Shown piece by piece: positions 60,260 to 64,000 of a stretch of DNA of 64,000 nucleotides. Within the stretch, counting starts at the first letter, position 1. Each line of letters opens with the position of its first letter. The position numbers and the translations under genes are program-made. The notes beneath the pieces were generated by a model, which saw nothing but the letters and a program-made list of their open reading frames with translations, searched no databases and was not told the DNA's origin. Source of the DNA: Eremomyces bilateralis CBS 781.70 (Eukaryota). The DNA is taken from the NCBI GenBank assembly GCA_010015585.1, contig ML975152.1. The stretch is one strand, 5' to 3'.

Positions 60260-61002
60260 TCTGGTTCAGCTGAGGCATTCCCCCAGTCTGCCTGGGGAGC
60301 CTACATGTCAGCTGAGTCTCAGATGAGAGTTCATTGAGATGGTCTGTGCGCTAAGCTGAGAGCACGTGCCACGTGATCTGAAATCCAGACAACATAATTA
60401 CATAATTATATCTTTCTCAGATAAGCTCTCGCACCCCATTGCCCCTCACAAAAAACATTCCAAAGATCAACAATAAGGATGTTAACTGAGGCTGAGAGGT
60501 CTTAGAGAAGATCGGTGAATATTCTGGCAATGGTAATGCAACAGACGTACCGGATAACATTTATACCTCTCGCCCTTGCCTTTGCAGAATTTCAGTTGAA
60601 GCTATATTGGTCATCTCGACTTACCAATGAGGTTGAAGTGAGGATGCTACTCAACAAAGCCGGCTAAGAATAGGCTTTCTATGTTTTAAAATCATCGTGG
60701 TGGTTAGCAAAGTGGATCTCTGATACATTCATGTGTAGTCTTGCCGCAGCGACACGTGCGGCGACTATTGCCTGTTTTTCCACCTCCATGTCAATGCCAC
60801 GGCGGTTAAATGCCACTCATCACAACCATTCTTGCACCGCATCGAAGTTCCTATATGAGACACGAGCTGCTCACACCGAAGAAGAACAATTCAACTCAAA
60901 TGCCTTAAGCGACACGCTAGGGTCGAACTGCAACGCCGCACAAGTCTCAACCCGACCTCAATTACCGCCGTCTATACCACTTTGCCTTCATCCTGAAACG
61001 CG

Positions 61003-61752
61003 ATGGCAACTCTTATGCGCGAGTTCGAACTTACAGGAGCTAGATACCAGCCTTGTACTGTCCTACGCGATCATCACATCCCTTACGTGATTTGGTTCGA
61101 AGACGCCCTCCGACGCTATGGTGTCCCGACAGGAATCTTTCATCACTATCTTCTAGTCAATGACCTGGACGAAGCCGCTGAGGTTTTGATACAGCGGCTC
61201 GGATGGACCTTGAGCTCGGCACCAGCAAGGATTGGAAGTGCGACTGTCGACACGCCGCAGCGCCGACTGCTGCCTCCAACCAATGAAGATGAGGTACAAG
61301 ATCCTCAATCAGTTCGTCTAGTTGGCGCCATATCGGAACCAGGAGAGACCGTCCTGCTTCATGCCAAAGACTGGCATTTTGATTTCTCAACGGGCCGTGT
61401 CATGGCGCAAGGCCTCTCACTTCCTCGGCTCCCAGCGCTTCTTGATTCTCTTATCGGAGCTCTACTAGATGATCCATTGGAGGACCCGCTATATTGGCTC
61501 CATATCACCTGTCACGTCGAGTACCTCTACCGCTATAATGCAGATGTCAAGATCAAGTCGTTTGCCCAGCAATTAAAGAAGGAGCATCAACAGTACCATT
61601 TTGATATGCTATCAGGAATGGACAGAGGAAATCTGCGTTGGTATCGTCATGAACGCAAAATTCGAGATGCTTTGCGGGATGGCTTGTGGACACTGTGTGA
61701 TTGTTCTCTTGATACGGACGCGGATCCTACGACGCAACCCGAGGGCGCCTAA
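61003..61752 (+). CDS. Fungal hypothetical protein; N-terminus reminiscent of nucleotidyltransferase-like hypotheticals
   Basis: 249-aa intronless ORF with IPYVIWFEDAL..YGVPT..LLVNDLDEAAEVL..GW, LPRLPALLDSLI and YLY motifs. Confidence 0.7.
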   Translation: MATLMREFELTGARYQPCTVLRDHHIPYVIWFEDALRRYGVPTGIFHHYLLVNDLDEAAEVLIQRLGWTLSSAPARIGSATVDTPQRRLLPPTNEDEVQDPQSVRLVGAISEPGETVLLHAKDWHFDFSTGRVMAQGLSLPRLPALLDSLIGALLDDPLEDPLYWLHITCHVEYLYRYNADVKIKSFAQQLKKEHQQYHFDMLSGMDRGNLRWYRHERKIRDALRDGLWTLCDCSLDTDADPTTQPEGA

Positions 61753-61969
61753 GACGCCGTGCCAATGTCATCTTGACCCAGCTGCGACATCTAGGCTTAA
61801 TGATGATATTTGGCATCATGTCGACGAGTCTCATTAATGCATCCAAGACCTATACTCGCTTATACCAAGCGACGCTATTGAAATCCAAAGTTGTCAGTTG
61901 CGTTTTCCAGCCAAAGGCCTAAGGGGGAGAAAGTTTCTTGGAGTGACTTGCGTCGATATACTGCTGCTA

Positions 61970-62068
61970 GCCGGCATTGACAGATATCCCAGCCCCTGCG
62001 ATCACGACGATCTTCTTCTTTTCCACATAGTCGATTATAATGGGCCGGAAGAGCAAGTCTTCTCCCTC
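61970..62068 (-). pseudogene. Sirtuin (Sir2 family, Hst3/Hst4-like) N-terminal fragment
   Basis: A minus-strand frame not in the ORF track reads EGEDLLFRPIIIDYVEKKKIVVIAGAGISVNAG, bounded by TAG stops. Confidence 0.7.
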
Positions 62069-62211
62069 CTACTATGAATATTCTGGCCCAGTCACGTAAA
62101 GGAAGGATGAAAGGGACCGATAGGGGCAAGCAGACGGCTTTTCTAAGCATTCGATATCTACAGTACGACAAATGGGACCCCTCTAGAATCTGCTGAAGCA
62201 AGTGATTGTAT

Positions 62212-62560
62212 TGAGCGCATCGCCTCGCCTCGCCTCGTTCCTCGATCAAGGCATCGCATTTCGCAGTATCACGTGTTGCTAGTCCCGTTTAGTCGTATGC
62301 TACCAATCTTTCATCGTCGTAGTCCGTATTTTCTGGTTCTGACCCAGATTCTATAGGATTCAATGACCTTAGCCACCGTGGTATTGGTCACTATATAGTA
62401 TACAGGACTACGGATGGTATATTTAACTATGGTTCGCGCAGGCCTCGCGAGGCGGATTAGTATGTAATTGAGTCGAGGCGAGGCGAGGCGCTTAGTCATC
62501 CCTCGCGACGCCTCGCGAGTTGTACATAAGATTACATAAGCCTGGGTATATATACCCGTC
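62212..62560. repeat. Inverted (CGCCT)n/(AGGCG)n repeats within a TpA-rich stretch; probable transposon-end relic
   Basis: cgcctcgcctcgcctcg at 62221-62237 and its exact reverse complement at 62474-62490; additional cctcgcga palindromic units. Confidence 0.55.
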
Positions 62561-63574
62561 AAGGTAAACTATGTACTTCTGACCGAATACAAGCATCTCA
62601 CTGCCTCTGAACAGGTATCCTATTGTTTCCGTGATTGATTGACACGCCAAAACGATCAACAATTTGTATCACCTAATTACGGAAACTACCAATTCACTTA
62701 TGACTTACCACTTACATTCCATTTATCAACACTAGGCTTCTACTCATGGCTATAATGACCTTGTCTATTTGTACCGCAATGCGAACCATCCCGGGAACCA
62801 TCGCCGGATGTGGCAGTGAGGCCGAGAAATCTGCAGATTTGTCGTCAGCACGTGCCTTATGGAGAACAGTCAAAAAGGCCACACACTATCCATACCAAGG
62901 CTCCTTGGCTGGTCCTCCCACCCCAGCCCCGCAAAGCAATGTTTATTACTCGGTTGCGAATCCCGGAGGTCGAGCCATGAACGAGATGACTCGGCCACTC
63001 TGGTCGGTCCTAGGCTCCTAGGCTCCATCCTCGACAAATGAAAATTGCAAGGTGAAACAAGACCGTTCAATCGTCGGATCGTCAGATCGTCACTTGGTAA
63101 TTGGTAGTTGCTGTATGTTCAATGTTGGCATGTTGATCGTCGACTCCTTCCCCCGGCTATCCATCTGGCCGAGATTTCCATTTCCGCATACCGGTACCGA
63201 GAGACGGGACTCATAATTCAACACCCGACTACCATCGCCCATAAAGCTCACAACCAGGTATTGGGACTTTGGGAGTCTTTAATTTACTAGCTTCTGGTCA
63301 TCAGCGCTTGGAAATCCTAGTCGACGACATCGGACATATAGCGAATAATATGGTGGGCCTTATAAACTGCCTGTCTGTCTGTACTCTATTCAAACCGAAC
63401 ATTTCACAATGGCGGCAGTTCACATCCTTCCCGATCATGAATTCATGTGATGGCAGTATGGCAGGAATCAGTATGCTGTGTAGGGTCTGGCACCAATTCC
63501 CCGCATCATGCAAGCTACAGCCTACAGCGTATCCGTGCCCCATGACCGCCCCACAACCTCCGGTTGTTGGTGCT

Positions 63575-63646
63575 CCCACACCAAAAGTCAAACCCACACC
63601 AAAAGTCAAACCCACGCCAAAAGTCAAACCCACGCCAAAAGTCCAA
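63575..63646 (+). repeat. 18-bp tandem repeat, 4 copies (CCCACRCCAAAAGTCAAA), probably terminal or subterminal repeats of a transposon
   Basis: Units at 63575, 63593, 63611 and 63629; the last ends about 35 bp before the transposase ATG. Confidence 0.9.
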
Positions 63647-63680
63647 TTTTACCATCATCTTCAAATCTATACCACCAAAC

Positions 63681-64000
63681 ATGTCTAAACGCGTCAAATA
63701 TTCAGAGCAGACTATACAGAAAGCACTCAAGAAGGCTACAGAGCTAAAAAAAAAAAAGCAGGAAAATCGGTTAACGTTTCAGCGTTAGCGCGTGAGTTCC
63801 AAATCAGCCGGCCTGTCCTTCGAGGCCGCCTTGAAGGAAAAACATCCTATACCAAACGTTCTCCGTTCGTACAAGCGACTAAACTCGATCAGCTACAAGA
63901 AAAGGCTCTCCTAGCTTGGATCCATCAGCTTGATGAGTGGGGAGCGCCTCCTACGGCTACAGAAATCGAAGCGTGCGCCAACTCTATACTCCGAAGAAAC
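63681..64000 (+). mobile_element. 5' part of a third pogo-like transposase, frameshifted at an A12 run and truncated by the window end
   Basis: MSKRVKYSEQTIQKAL, then in the -1 frame NVSALAREFQISRPVLRGRLEG..KLDQLQEKALLAWIHQLDEWGAPPT..ANSILRR (HTH-psq plus CENP-B HTH). Confidence 0.85.

Noticed and set aside
56900..64000. Starship or other giant-element boundary
   Set aside because: No tyrosine recombinase captain or diagnostic cargo is visible in the window.

Overview
Gene-dense eukaryotic DNA from a filamentous ascomycete (Pezizomycotina). Short GT..CTRAC..AG introns occur throughout, so the ORF track splits or misses many genes. Bases ~400-55,400 are mostly core genes: an MBD4-like HhH-GPD glycosylase, EFM7/NNT1 methyltransferase, a Mac1/GRISEA-type copper-fist transcription factor, an Egh16/GAS-like secreted protein, a flavin amine oxidase, an SPT small-subunit-like protein, RPL5, an MHP1-like LRR protein, MNN9, a DUF3433 membrane protein, a PhnB-like VOC protein, a pepsin-like membrane protein, two GPI-anchored proteins, a coiled-coil protein, a homeobox TF, CHS7 and a small Yap-type bZIP. 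Among them lie a mosaic of short duplications (3.6-6.3 kb) and a few decayed genes. From ~56.9 kb the window is transposon-rich. It holds an intact Fot1/pogo element at the end of an apparent stack of five excision footprints, an intact Tc1-like element 3 bp away with an unusual DD42E triad and no TA duplication, a sirtuin gene fragment beside a TpA-rich inverted-repeat relic, and the start of a third pogo-like transposase split at an A12 run. No tRNA, rRNA or CRISPR array was recognised. Family calls come from motif recall, not database searches.
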